Source: an uncultured cyanobacterium (GTDB taxonomy: Bacteria; Cyanobacteriota; Cyanobacteriia; Cyanobacteriales; CAWUOF01). From it: a stretch of DNA of 64,000 nt. Of the stretch, positions 1 through 10,031 are shown piece after piece. Both the position numbers and the translations under genes were made by a program. Each line of letters begins with the position of its first letter. Within the stretch, counting starts at the first letter, position 1. The notes under the pieces are model-generated. The model saw nothing but the letters and a program-made list of their open reading frames with translations, was not told the origin of the DNA and searched no databases. Where the stretch lies: positions 5,312,001-5,376,000 of the forward strand of contig CAVUSO010000001.1 in NCBI GenBank assembly GCA_963744145.1, written 5' to 3'.

Positions 1-117
1 AATGCTCGACCTGCGGTTCAACGAGTTCGGGAGATTGGAAAGGATATTAAATTCAAAACTGATTTTGATGAAGAGACTCGTCGTGCGATGTTTCCCCAAA
101 ATTATCCCAAAGTTTAA
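1..117 (+). CDS. 3' end of a probable glutathione S-transferase family gene (partial, runs off window)
   Basis: Frame 1 reads NARPAVQRVREIGKDIKFKTDFDEETRRAMFPQNYPKV*, resembling the RPAVQR...FK...DEE.RRA.FP C-terminus of bacterial GSTs. Confidence 0.6.
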   Translation, partial: NARPAVQRVREIGKDIKFKTDFDEETRRAMFPQNYPKV

Positions 118-195
118 TTAAGAGTAAAGGCGATCGCCCCTCATAGCCACCTTTTCCAACCATAATTCCGAAAGTTTTCTTGGCTAGCAGTTCAG

Positions 196-319
196 TAGAC
201 CTCTTGCAAAAATAAATAGGACAGGCAAGATGCCTGTCCCACAAAAGTGATTTTTTCTGGTGGGACAGGCATCTTGCCTGTCAATAAATAGATCAATAAG
301 GACTTTTGCAAGAGGTCTA
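196..319. mobile_element. MITE with 16-bp terminal inverted repeats, carrying an inverted pair of REP-like hairpins
   Basis: TAGACCTCTTGCAAAA (196-211) and TTTTGCAAGAGGTCTA (304-319); internal GGACAGGCAAGATGCCTGTCCCAC and its reverse complement. Confidence 0.8.
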
Positions 320-471
320 GTTTATTAGAATTGAATTTGAATGGGCGATCGCTATTCTAACTGCTAGTTTGGCCTGATGAGTTGGATAGTTACCACAGTA
401 TATTTTACCAAAATTTATTGAGGAATCAGCATTTATTGTAAAATTAATCTCTATAAATATTTTAAATATTC

Positions 472-1635
472 ATGATGAGTGATTCTCAAGTCCCAAGTAG
501 CCAATTTTATGACGCCTTTATTTCTTATGGTCGGGCTGATAGTAAGGCTTTTGCTGCCAAACTGAAAGAACGACTACAGAGTCAAAATCTTGAAGTTTGG
601 TTGGATCTTGAGGAAATTCCCTTCGGGGTTGATTTTCAAAATCAAATAAATGATGGGATCACCAAAGCTGATAACTTTCTGTTTCTAATTTCGCCCCATT
701 CCGTCAATTCTGCCTATTGTCGCAAAGAAATTGACCTAGCCATCGAATTAAACAAACGAATATATCCCATCTGGCACGTTGCGGAAATTGATCAGGAAAC
801 GTGGCAAGAACGTAATCCTGGTAAATCTGAAGCTGAATGGCTGAGGTATAAGGAAACGGGACAACATTCTACTGTTCCCGGTAAAAATCCCAATATGCAC
901 CCTAAAATCGGCGAAATTAATTGGCTCCCTGGTGAAAAAGATAAACAAAGAGATGGTGAAAAAAGGGATGATTTTGAGGAGAGATTGTTCACATTATTAG
1001 ATACCGAATTAATAAATATAATGCGTCGCCATCAAGACTATGTGCGACAACATACAGTTTTGTTGAATCAAGCTCTTTACTGGAAAGATCAGCAGAAACA
1101 AACTCGTTATTTATTAATTGGAGAAGAACGGCAAAAAGCCGAAAAATGGTTAAAAGAGAGAAAAGAGAGGTTTAAGGAAAAAAAACTAGCGCCCGGCGAA
1201 CCTACATTGCTGCATTGTGAGTTTATTTGCGAGAGTATCAAGAATGCGAATAACTTGATGACTCAGGTGTTTCTCTCCTATGCGGAAGTTGATATTTCTA
1301 CAATGCTTCAAGTTAGAGAGATCCTGTTACGAGAAAGTATTACAGTTTGGACAAATCAGACAGATATTCAAACTGGAGAAGTATTTGAGGAGGCAATAGA
1401 GCGGGGAATTGAACAAGCGGATAACATTGTCTATTTGATTTCGATCGATGCCCTGACATCTTATTACTGTCAGAAAGAACTTGATTATGCTCTCTTGTTG
1501 AATAAAAGGATTATTCCTTTGTTAATTAAGCCAACAGATTTAGAACAAATTCCATCAGTAATTAGAGGATTACATGAAGGGGGCAGAACAGAAAACTCAA
1601 CATCAGCCAACAACCTTACAGAAAGAGTTTATTAA
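472..1635 (+). pseudogene. TIR-TIR N-terminal part of a split TIR x3-TM-WD40 protein
   Basis: Two TIR domains (YDAFISYGRAD...SAYCRKEI; QVFLSYAEVD...SYYCQKEL); homology breaks after IRGL near 1572. Confidence 0.75.
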
Positions 1636-3175
1636 TGAAAGTTTGCGCCAACCGCCAGCCGCATCACTGGATGTATTTATCTCTTATTCCAGGTCTGATT
1701 CTGATTTAGCCCGTCCATTAAATGATGAGTTGCAATTAAGGGGAAAGACAACTTGGTTTGACCAAGAAAGTATTGCGTCAGGTGCAGATTTTCAGAAAGA
1801 GATTTATGCGGGAATTGAGAGTGCTGATAATTTTCTATTTATTTTGTCCCCGCGTTCTATTAATTCGACCTACTGTGCGGATGAAGTTGAATATGCAGCT
1901 AAACTTAATAAACGGTTTATTACCATATTGCATCAAGATGTGAATACTACTGAATTACATCCAGAGTTAGCTAAGATGCAGTGGATTGATTTTAGGCAAA
2001 AAGAAGGAGAATTTTATGCTAATGTTAATCAATTACTAAGGACTTTAGACACAGACCGAGAATATATTCAAAGTCATACTAAATGGCTGCGTCGGGCGAT
2101 CGAATGGGAAAACCAAGGTAAGAATAATGATTTGCTGCTCAGAGGTAGTGAGTTTGCGATCGCGGATAACTGGTTTCAAGAAGCAACTCAAAGTAAAAAG
2201 CAACCTCCTGTCACGGAATTGCAAGCTAAGTTTATTGATTCTAGTCGTAATGCGATCAAGACTACTACTAAAAGGGAAAAACGACGGCTGCTTCAAATAC
2301 GATTGGGACTGGGAGGGATAGCAGTGGCGATCATGGCAATTGGAGCTACTACCTACGCTTTGAAAGAGAGGAGACAAGCCAAACTTGATCAAATTAAAGC
2401 TCAGGAACAAAATGCTTTATCGCTATTAAATCCACAGGAAGAAAAGTTAGATGCTTTAATTGCGGCAATTAACACTGGTAAGACGGTGCAAAAAGAAAAT
2501 ATCCTTTCCCCCATAACCATAGACACATTGGAAAAATCTTTTTTTGGAGTCAGGGAATATAACCGCTTGGTAAAGCATCAGAAGCGGGTCAATAGCGTCA
2601 GTTTCAGCCCCGATGAGCAAACCTTAGCCTCTGGTAGTTTTGACAGTACGATCAAACTATGGGATGTAAAGACAGGGCAGGAACTTCGCACTCTCTATGG
2701 TCATAGTAATGAGGTCTGGAGCGTCAGTTTCAGCCCCGATGGGCACACCTTAGCCTCCGGTAGTTTGGACAAGACCATCAAGCTATGGGATGTAAAGACA
2801 GGGCAGAAAGTTTACACTCTCTCTGGCCATCAATGGGGGGTCGAGAGTGTCAGTTTTAGCCCCGATGGGAAAACCTTGGCATCCGCTAGTAGTGACAGGA
2901 CGATCAAACTATGGGATGTAAAAACAGGACAGGAACTTCGCACTTTCTCTGGCCATAGTGAGTCGGTCAATAGCGTCAGTTTCAGCCCTAATGGGCAAAT
3001 CTTGGCGACAGGTAGTTTGGATAATACCATCAAACTATGGAACTTAGAGTTTGATTTAAACTATCTCTTAGAAAGGGGCTGCCATTTGGTACACACTTAT
3101 TTAAACAATCCTAATTCTGGTTTAGATGAGAGTGACAGACATATTTGCGACGATATCGATACTGGGAAAAATTAA
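1574..3175 (+). CDS. TIR-linker-TM-WD40 C-terminal part of the same split gene
   Basis: DVFISYSRSD...STYCADEV TIR, hydrophobic LGLGGIAVAIMAIGA segment, four GH...SVSFSPDG...IKLWD repeats. Confidence 0.8.
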   Translation: MKGAEQKTQHQPTTLQKEFINESLRQPPAASLDVFISYSRSDSDLARPLNDELQLRGKTTWFDQESIASGADFQKEIYAGIESADNFLFILSPRSINSTYCADEVEYAAKLNKRFITILHQDVNTTELHPELAKMQWIDFRQKEGEFYANVNQLLRTLDTDREYIQSHTKWLRRAIEWENQGKNNDLLLRGSEFAIADNWFQEATQSKKQPPVTELQAKFIDSSRNAIKTTTKREKRRLLQIRLGLGGIAVAIMAIGATTYALKERRQAKLDQIKAQEQNALSLLNPQEEKLDALIAAINTGKTVQKENILSPITIDTLEKSFFGVREYNRLVKHQKRVNSVSFSPDEQTLASGSFDSTIKLWDVKTGQELRTLYGHSNEVWSVSFSPDGHTLASGSLDKTIKLWDVKTGQKVYTLSGHQWGVESVSFSPDGKTLASASSDRTIKLWDVKTGQELRTFSGHSESVNSVSFSPNGQILATGSLDNTIKLWNLEFDLNYLLERGCHLVHTYLNNPNSGLDESDRHICDDIDTGKN

Positions 3176-3244
3176 TCTAAATTACTTGAAAAGATACCTT
3201 ATTTGTTAACAGTAATTCTGAGTTAAGGTAATTAATCTGGAGCA

Positions 3245-3465
3245 GAGCGATCGCATTCCCCACCATCTACTCTGAACCTGGATCAAAGCGATCGCATTTC
3301 CCCAATCATCCACCCTTAATCTTGATCAAAGCGATCGCAATTTTCCCAACCAGTACAAGCAGTCTTAATTCCGATAATGATCGCATTCTCAATATAACCT
3401 TTAGCAGCGATCGCCATCCTTAACAAAACCAAGACAGGGGATATTTTGGAATAGCGATCGATCAT
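3245..3465. repeat. Stack of HIP1-anchored degenerate 30-47 bp units
   Basis: GCGATCGC or near-matches at 3247, 3288, 3331, ~3377, 3407, 3454; GATCAAAGCGATCGCA occurs twice. Confidence 0.7.
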
Positions 3466-3576
3466 GTCCCAGCATTATTCTCTCAGCTCTAGCGGTGAAC
3501 TAAACAATTGAGGTTTATTAGACTCTTTCCAAGATTTTTGGTTAAGATTAAACGGAATAAGGAGAAGATCATCAAG

Positions 3577-4368
3577 CTATTCGATTTTAATTTGTTGAAA
3601 ATAATCGGGCAAATTATCATTAATCAATTTATCAATCTGATTCGCTTTAGGTTGATAAAGAAAAGGACGACGGGGATAAATGCGATCGTTCACCCAAGAA
3701 ACTGACCAATCTTGAGTAGTTTGGATACATTGTTTAGCAAAACCAGTTAAATTATATTTCTCTTCTTGTTCTAAACAGCCCGATAAAAAAATATCAACAT
3801 AGGATTGAACAATGGGATACTTAGCATTAGGAATAGCTAAATTTTCAGGTCGATTGACATAAATCCATACTTGTCCATCAGGTGCAGTTGTGTTCACCAA
3901 TAATTTAAGCTCTTTAGAGCTAACCGGCAAACGGCAATAAATTGTTTCTCGGCGATCGGTAGCTAACAATTCTCCCTGATCTTTAATTTGATAAAGCACA
4001 GCATTAAACTGACTTTTAGGGTCAGGAATAATTCCCAGAAAAGTTGCACCCAAACTAACAAAATTTTTCCCTTGAGCATACCAGCCCCGTCGATAACCAG
4101 TTACCATCACAGGGTAAGCTACTCCACTATTAGGAGAAGTCCTTAACCGCGATTGCTCTTGCATCAAGCTACCATAACCAATAATATATTGTTTTTGACC
4201 ATTAATAGGAGGATCATTACAGTTACTCGGTAGAGTGAAACTGGGTATACCTGAATTTGGATTTGGATCTGCCCAGACAGCTAAAGGAGTAAAACTGAAA
4301 GTCAATGGTAAAGCTAAATTTCCTAATAGCTTTTGGGTTGAGTTAGACACTTTTACTTTGTCCTGCAA
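3577..4368 (-). CDS. Gamma-glutamylcyclotransferase-like (AIG2/ChaC fold) protein with probable signal peptide
   Basis: YIIGYGSLM motif, later DRRE; N-terminal hydrophobic stretch ending AVWA. Confidence 0.65.
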   Translation of the reverse strand: MQDKVKVSNSTQKLLGNLALPLTFSFTPLAVWADPNPNSGIPSFTLPSNCNDPPINGQKQYIIGYGSLMQEQSRLRTSPNSGVAYPVMVTGYRRGWYAQGKNFVSLGATFLGIIPDPKSQFNAVLYQIKDQGELLATDRRETIYCRLPVSSKELKLLVNTTAPDGQVWIYVNRPENLAIPNAKYPIVQSYVDIFLSGCLEQEEKYNLTGFAKQCIQTTQDWSVSWVNDRIYPRRPFLYQPKANQIDKLINDNLPDYFQQIKIE

Positions 4369-4631
4369 CTAAAATGGCATTATTCAGGTTAGAGCAAATC
4401 GAGTCGCTTTGATCTTCCTGGATAAAACAATTGCTCAAAATTTTGGCACTGATCAAAAAACCAACGGTCAGAAGGTGGGCTAATATTGCTCAGATGTCCG
4501 ATCAGGTTGTCGGTTTGGTTGGATCAAAATGATGATTTGCTCAAGTGGGTTGATCCTAACTACTGTCCAAATCGAAAAAATCAAGTTAAAGTAAAATCAA
4601 TGTACAGTTAAGCAAATTAGAAAGACTGGTT

Positions 4632-5156
4632 ATGCCTTTGGATAGTCTCTTTTCCACTCAGGGGATTATGGTGATCCTTTTGGTAGCTTATGCAGGTGCC
4701 ATGTGGATGTTCCTCACCAGCGCTCCCAAAGTACATACGGTGATGGTGTCGGATCTAGAGATTGCTAGACAGTTCTACGAAGGATTATTAAATCTACCCG
4801 TAGCTGAAGTTCCGCTTCACTATTACTATAACTATGAGCAAACCTTGGGTGCAACGGGGATTGACCCGCTTTATATGTCTACGAGCCCTGGGATAGCTGC
4901 AAAAGCTGTGAATAATGCTGATGGTCTTTGGTATCAAATTAAAAAAAATACCCAATTGCATATAATTTCTGGGGCAAGTTTGGGCACAAAAAACCGTCAG
5001 CGTCATGTCTGTTTCGATCGCGACTGTCTGGAACAAGTGTTAATGCGTATAGAAACCCGGGGAATTAAACATAAAATTCGCCGCGAAAAACCCATGAATT
5101 TTTTGGTAAAAGATGTAGAAGGTCGCGTAATTGAAATGTCGGAAGTATCCAATTGA
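4632..5156 (+). CDS. Membrane-anchored VOC/glyoxalase-like protein
   Basis: N-terminal TM; VHTVMVSDLEIARQFY and FLVKDVEGRVIEM motifs. Confidence 0.75.
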   Translation: MPLDSLFSTQGIMVILLVAYAGAMWMFLTSAPKVHTVMVSDLEIARQFYEGLLNLPVAEVPLHYYYNYEQTLGATGIDPLYMSTSPGIAAKAVNNADGLWYQIKKNTQLHIISGASLGTKNRQRHVCFDRDCLEQVLMRIETRGIKHKIRREKPMNFLVKDVEGRVIEMSEVSN

Positions 5157-5177
5157 ATAAACAAACCAAAGCCAATT

Positions 5178-5216
5178 AACAACGAACAGTGAAACATCTG
5201 TTCGCTGTTTTTTTTT
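5178..5216 (+). terminator. Probable intrinsic terminator between convergent genes
   Basis: AACAACGAACAG-loop-CTGTTCGCTGTT followed by a T run. Confidence 0.6.
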
Positions 5217-5217
5217 A

Positions 5218-6195
5218 TTACTGTTGCGATCGGCGAATTCGGTCTATTTCTCTTTGCAAGTCTTCCATTTGACGACGTAATGATTCCACTTCATTATTGC
5301 TCGTTGTTTCTGTTGTTTGGGCATTGACATTCACCGAGCCAGCGGCGGTAGTACGTTGATAATCACCAGCAATAATTTGACCATATTCTGATGAACTTGC
5401 CCATTGACGCAAATAATAAAGTCTTTCTACTGTAAAAGGATGGGTAAGAAAAGAGCCTTGACCACCATTATAAAGCAAAAATTTATATACTTGGTTGAGG
5501 GCATCTTGATCTAATTCTTGATAACTTTCTGATTGGCGAATAAATTCATCTAAACTACACTCATGGGAATATTTAGCACTGCCCCCTGCTAGTTTCATCA
5601 TTGAATTCATCACCGAATGTAGATCATCTATCACTAATAAAGCGGCGCGATCGGCAGATAATTCAGCTTTCCGACGCCATTCATAAAAAGCTAAAAGTAG
5701 CCCAGTTGAAAGTAAACGACCAATTCCTAAAGTCATACCACCTAATAAACTGGCTGCTCCCATTGTCCAAATCGCCATCTGGATTAAAACTGTATGACCA
5801 CACTTAAGATGTCCTAATTCATGGGCAATTACTGTCCGAATTTCGATTTCATTCAATAAATCTAAAAGTCCCGAGTCTAAAATTATATAAGGTCTTTCTT
5901 GTCCTAAAGAAAAAGCATTTGCTAAAGGATTTTGGGAAATAAATAAAGCTGGTTCTGGATAAACATCTAAATCCCGAATACACTCTCGAAAGATTTGGTA
6001 AATAGTAGAATATTGGCGTGGTCCAACTTGAATACTATTGCCCAAATGATAAATAAATTGGGGACGCTCATAGACAAATTCAACAAACTTACTCGCGACC
6101 AAATCAAATCCAGGGACACTCCGTAAAGCTTGTTCAGCTTCTCGATCGAGAGGATGTCGGAAAGCTTCGCTAGAAATTCCGGTATATGTAGCCAT
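5218..6195 (-). CDS. M48 family Zn metallopeptidase (HtpX-like)
   Basis: IAHELGHLKCGH, AELSADR and THP motifs. Confidence 0.9.
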   Translation of the reverse strand: MATYTGISSEAFRHPLDREAEQALRSVPGFDLVASKFVEFVYERPQFIYHLGNSIQVGPRQYSTIYQIFRECIRDLDVYPEPALFISQNPLANAFSLGQERPYIILDSGLLDLLNEIEIRTVIAHELGHLKCGHTVLIQMAIWTMGAASLLGGMTLGIGRLLSTGLLLAFYEWRRKAELSADRAALLVIDDLHSVMNSMMKLAGGSAKYSHECSLDEFIRQSESYQELDQDALNQVYKFLLYNGGQGSFLTHPFTVERLYYLRQWASSSEYGQIIAGDYQRTTAAGSVNVNAQTTETTSNNEVESLRRQMEDLQREIDRIRRSQQ

Positions 6196-6272
6196 AGTCA
6201 GAGTTTTTTAACAGATCAGGGATGAATATTAACATTTTGCAATAAAATTCAAAAAATAGGAGCATTAAATTC

Positions 6273-7106
6273 ATGCACCGGATCTTCACAGGAGCTTTGC
6301 GGGTTGAAAAATTCACTATCGCGATCGCAGACTTACCTAGTCAACTCGTAGGAACCACTCTGGTCCAGTTATCTGATTTTCACTATGATAAAGGAAAACT
6401 TTCTGATCAACTTCTAGCTGAAGCCATCTATGCTAGCAACCAAGCACAACCAGATCTAGTCTTATTAACTGGTGACTACATTACCACAGATCCTACACCC
6501 ATTGATAAATTAGCATCCCATCTCAAACAATTGCAACATCGAGCTGGTATTTATGCTATCCTAGGTAATCACGATCTAGAGTGGTTGGGAGCTAGAGCCA
6601 AAGTTACCAACGCACTATTGACCAATGGAATTAAGATTTTATGGAACCAGGTAGTTTATCCACTAGGAAAAGATTTAGCTTTAGTTGGACTCGCTGACAT
6701 TTGTTCTGGTGACTTCAACCCGATTAGTAGCTTTGCTCCTATTCCCTTTGGGACTCCACGCATTGTTTTATCCCATAATCCTGATAGCGCCCATTATTTG
6801 CAAAAATGGCGGATCGATTTACAACTATCTGGTCATACTCACGGAGGTCAGATTGTGCTACCTGGGTTAGGTCCAGTACCAGCCAAAATGAGAGTTTTAG
6901 TAAATAAGATCCCTAAATCAATCAAATGCTGGATGCCCTGTATGTCAAAAAAAAAGATTAAAGTAGTACACCATTGGGAATGGTCAGAAGGATTACATCA
7001 GGTAGGGACAAATTATCTATATGTTAACCGAGGTTTGGGGACCTATCTCCCGGGACGTTTATTTTGTCCTCCAGAAGTCACTGTAATTACCTTGGCAAAA
7101 AAATAG
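6273..7106 (+). CDS. Calcineurin-like metallophosphoesterase (YkuE-like)
   Basis: SDFH, TGDY, GNHD, SHNPD, SGHTHGGQ motifs. Confidence 0.9.
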   Translation: MHRIFTGALRVEKFTIAIADLPSQLVGTTLVQLSDFHYDKGKLSDQLLAEAIYASNQAQPDLVLLTGDYITTDPTPIDKLASHLKQLQHRAGIYAILGNHDLEWLGARAKVTNALLTNGIKILWNQVVYPLGKDLALVGLADICSGDFNPISSFAPIPFGTPRIVLSHNPDSAHYLQKWRIDLQLSGHTHGGQIVLPGLGPVPAKMRVLVNKIPKSIKCWMPCMSKKKIKVVHHWEWSEGLHQVGTNYLYVNRGLGTYLPGRLFCPPEVTVITLAKK

Positions 7107-7143
7107 CGGTGGATAAAACCTAAAACTGATATTGGGATCTAAA

Positions 7144-8130
7144 ATGAATCAGGTAGATTACCTTCGCATCAGCTTAATTGATCGGTGCAATTTTCAATGT
7201 CAATACTGTATGCCAGAAGGGGCAGAACTTGACTATATATTGCAGCAGAATTTACTCACTCGCGATGAATTGCTGACTTTATTGCGCGAGGTTTTTATTC
7301 CTGTTGGTTTTACTCGATTTCGGCTCACTGGTGGTGAACCATTGATCCGTAAAGATGTAGTAGAGATTGTCCGAGCGATCGCATCTCTTCCTCAAACCCA
7401 AGATTTATCGATGACCACCAATGGATTTTTATTAGCTCCCCTAGCTCAACATCTCTACGATGCGGGTTTACGCCGAATTAATATTAGTTTAGATTCTCTA
7501 AATCCAGATATATTTAACCAAATTATCGGTCATCATGGTCGGAGTCGATGGGAACAAGTGTGGGCAGGGATTTTAGCTGCCCATCAGATCGGATTTAATC
7601 CTTTAAAACTGAATGTAGTAATTATTCCCGAAGTTAACAATCAAGAAGTTTTAGATTTAGCTGCTTTAAGCATTGAGCGACAATGGCACATTCGATTTAT
7701 TGAATTTATGCCGATCGGTAATGCCGGATTATTTCAAGATCGGGGTTGGATACCATCAGCAGAATTAAGACAACAAATTCGCGATCGATTTGGGTTAGAA
7801 ACAGCTCAAGTTCAGGGTAATGGTCCGGCTGACGTTTTTCAAATTCCTGGTGCTAAAGGCACCTTGGGATTTATTAGTCAAATGTCTGAATGCTTTTGCG
7901 ATCGCTGTAACCGGATGCGTCTTTCTGCTGATGGTTGGTTACGTCCTTGTCTGTTAAATGAAACCGGTCAAATTGATTTAAAAACCGAACTTCGACAAGG
8001 TACTAGCACAACTCGATTACAGGAAAAAGTCCAACATTTACTATTAATCAAACCCGAAATTAATTACCAAGAGAGAGATTCTGGGACTTCGGGAAATTAT
8101 CAACGGACGATGTCGCAAATTGGCGGTTAA
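7144..8130 (+). CDS. moaA: GTP 3',8-cyclase (molybdenum cofactor biosynthesis)
   Basis: [19 protein letters not shown] radical-SAM motif, [11 protein letters not shown]-terminal MSQIGG; ATG at 7144. Confidence 0.97.
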   Translation: MNQVDYLRISLIDRCNFQCQYCMPEGAELDYILQQNLLTRDELLTLLREVFIPVGFTRFRLTGGEPLIRKDVVEIVRAIASLPQTQDLSMTTNGFLLAPLAQHLYDAGLRRINISLDSLNPDIFNQIIGHHGRSRWEQVWAGILAAHQIGFNPLKLNVVIIPEVNNQEVLDLAALSIERQWHIRFIEFMPIGNAGLFQDRGWIPSAELRQQIRDRFGLETAQVQGNGPADVFQIPGAKGTLGFISQMSECFCDRCNRMRLSADGWLRPCLLNETGQIDLKTELRQGTSTTRLQEKVQHLLLIKPEINYQERDSGTSGNYQRTMSQIGG

Positions 8131-8210
8131 AGAAAAATATTTTATGGTTCATTTTCATGGGTAATTACTATTAGTTTTTCGCCAGGAACCTGAACCATAA
8201 GCAAGCTGTC

Positions 8211-8819
8211 TTAAGCAATCCGAGAGTAGTATTCAACCACTAGCAGCTCGTTAACTTGAAGAGCGACCCATTCCCGCTCAACTATCCCATTCACCTTACC
8301 AACCAGCTTTTCTTTATCAAATTCCAAGTGACTGGGGGTATGTTGCAAACCAGGGAATTGCAAATTAGCTTCCACCAGTTTCTTGGAACTTTCCCGTTTC
8401 TGAACAGCGATCACATCTCCAGGTCGGCACTGATAACTAGCAATATTAACAGAGCGATCGTTAACGGTGATATGTCCATGATTCACTAATTGACGAGCCC
8501 CAGGAATAGTGGGAGCCATACCCAAGCGAAAAACCGTGTTATCTAGTCGCATTTCCAGCATTTGTAACAGCACTTGTCCCGTAGAACCGGTGACACGACG
8601 TGCCCGACGGACATAGCGCAATAATTGCCGTTCTGTGAGACCATAGTTAAAACGCAGTTTTTGCTTTTCTTCCAAACGAATCGCATACTCAGAGCGTTTT
8701 TTGCGAGCTTGACCATGCTGACCTGGTGGGTAAGCACGTCTAGGGGTTTTACGGGTTAAACCTGGTAAATCACCTAGACGACGGACAACGCGCAGACGTG
8801 GACCTCGATATCTTGACAT
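8211..8819 (-). CDS. rpsD: 30S ribosomal protein S4
   Basis: [10 protein letters not shown]...LEMRLDN...VVEYYSR. Confidence 0.99.
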   Translation of the reverse strand: MSRYRGPRLRVVRRLGDLPGLTRKTPRRAYPPGQHGQARKKRSEYAIRLEEKQKLRFNYGLTERQLLRYVRRARRVTGSTGQVLLQMLEMRLDNTVFRLGMAPTIPGARQLVNHGHITVNDRSVNIASYQCRPGDVIAVQKRESSKKLVEANLQFPGLQHTPSHLEFDKEKLVGKVNGIVEREWVALQVNELLVVEYYSRIA

Positions 8820-8938
8820 TTGGTTTCCTCTTTATATCCTGAATGAAATATTACCCAGACCCTCTAGTATAAATCTTGAACATCCTAACTTCCAAGTGGT
8901 AAATCTGACCTTTAAGTCGCAAATTTCTAGGAGTTTCC

Positions 8939-9604
8939 ATGCCACGTCTTGATTTCAACCGTTTTTTACGATCGCAACAATTTGCTAAAAATGTTTTTTT
9001 AAAGTCTGCTCGATCGTCTCAATCCCCCAAAAACCGCTTTATGCCCCGCGCTACCAGTCCCTTGGTCATGCTGGGAATGTTAGCAATGGCGATCCCCAGC
9101 CCAGCGATCGCCTTTAACTGGTCCAATATTGAATCTAATGAATATCGTGTTTGTGCTGCTCGACTGTTAACTACGGGCATTGTGCCAGAAATAGCAGCGA
9201 TTAGTTGTGCTAGAGCACTTCATCCCAAAGACTTGGGTGGTTGTGTGCTTTCTATCCATCGAAAAACTGATATTACAGCCCAAGATGCTTTACTTACTTG
9301 TCGAGAAGTTCAACGTCCACTTGATTTAGCCACTTGTGTGGTAGATATTAGTAGGAAAACGCAAAGAGCAGACCCCCCAGTAGTTTTGGACACTTGTCGG
9401 CGCAGTTTGTTACCAATTCGCTTTTCTGAGTGTGTGGTCGGGTTGAGCCGGAAAATTGAACTTACTCCAAATCAAGCTATGGCTGCTTGTATTGATGGTA
9501 GCGATCGCCCTCACGATTTTTATCCACCTTTACCACCGAGCAATCAATCTGTCGTACCACCAGGACCTGATTTGGTCGTACCTCCGGGAACTGTTAGACC
9601 CTAG
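8939..9604 (+). CDS. Hypothetical secreted/lumenal protein with Cys-pair repeats (start may be ~9041)
   Basis: Signal-like segment ending AIA; repeated C...P.DL..CV units; Pro-rich tail. Confidence 0.65.
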   Translation: MPRLDFNRFLRSQQFAKNVFLKSARSSQSPKNRFMPRATSPLVMLGMLAMAIPSPAIAFNWSNIESNEYRVCAARLLTTGIVPEIAAISCARALHPKDLGGCVLSIHRKTDITAQDALLTCREVQRPLDLATCVVDISRKTQRADPPVVLDTCRRSLLPIRFSECVVGLSRKIELTPNQAMAACIDGSDRPHDFYPPLPPSNQSVVPPGPDLVVPPGTVRP

Positions 9605-9637
9605 GTCTAGTTGTGAATATCTAAGTCGAGAAAAAAT

Positions 9638-9961
9638 ATGGCAATAGCAACTTACATTCAAGACAGTGAATTGGATCAGCTTTTAACTAACCAAGAGCTA
9701 TTATTAGTGGTCGATTATACCGCTAGTTGGTGTGGTCCTTGTCGCGTGATTGGTCCTTTCATTGACCAATTAGCGGAAAAATATGAAGGTCGGGCTAATG
9801 TGGTGAAGATAGATTTGGATAAAAACAAAGTTAGTGCCAAAAAATACGGAATTAAAAGTATTCCTGCGGTTCTGATTTTTAAAAAAGGGGAGGTAGTGGA
9901 AACTTTGGTGGGTAAGGCTAATTATGAAACTTTTGCTCAAGCCCTAGAAAAGCACCTTTAA
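9638..9961 (+). CDS. Thioredoxin
   Basis: WCGPC active site, 107 aa. Confidence 0.95.
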   Translation: MAIATYIQDSELDQLLTNQELLLVVDYTASWCGPCRVIGPFIDQLAEKYEGRANVVKIDLDKNKVSAKKYGIKSIPAVLIFKKGEVVETLVGKANYETFAQALEKHL

Positions 9962-10031
9962 TTAGACTTATACCGATTTTTGATGAGGTTGCATAGAGGT
10001 TGACCTCTCCCCCAACCCCTCTCCTACAAGG

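Noticed and set aside
3245..3465. Possible CRISPR array
   Set aside because: The conserved part is only 8-16 bp (HIP1 core), spacing is irregular, and there are no cas genes in the window
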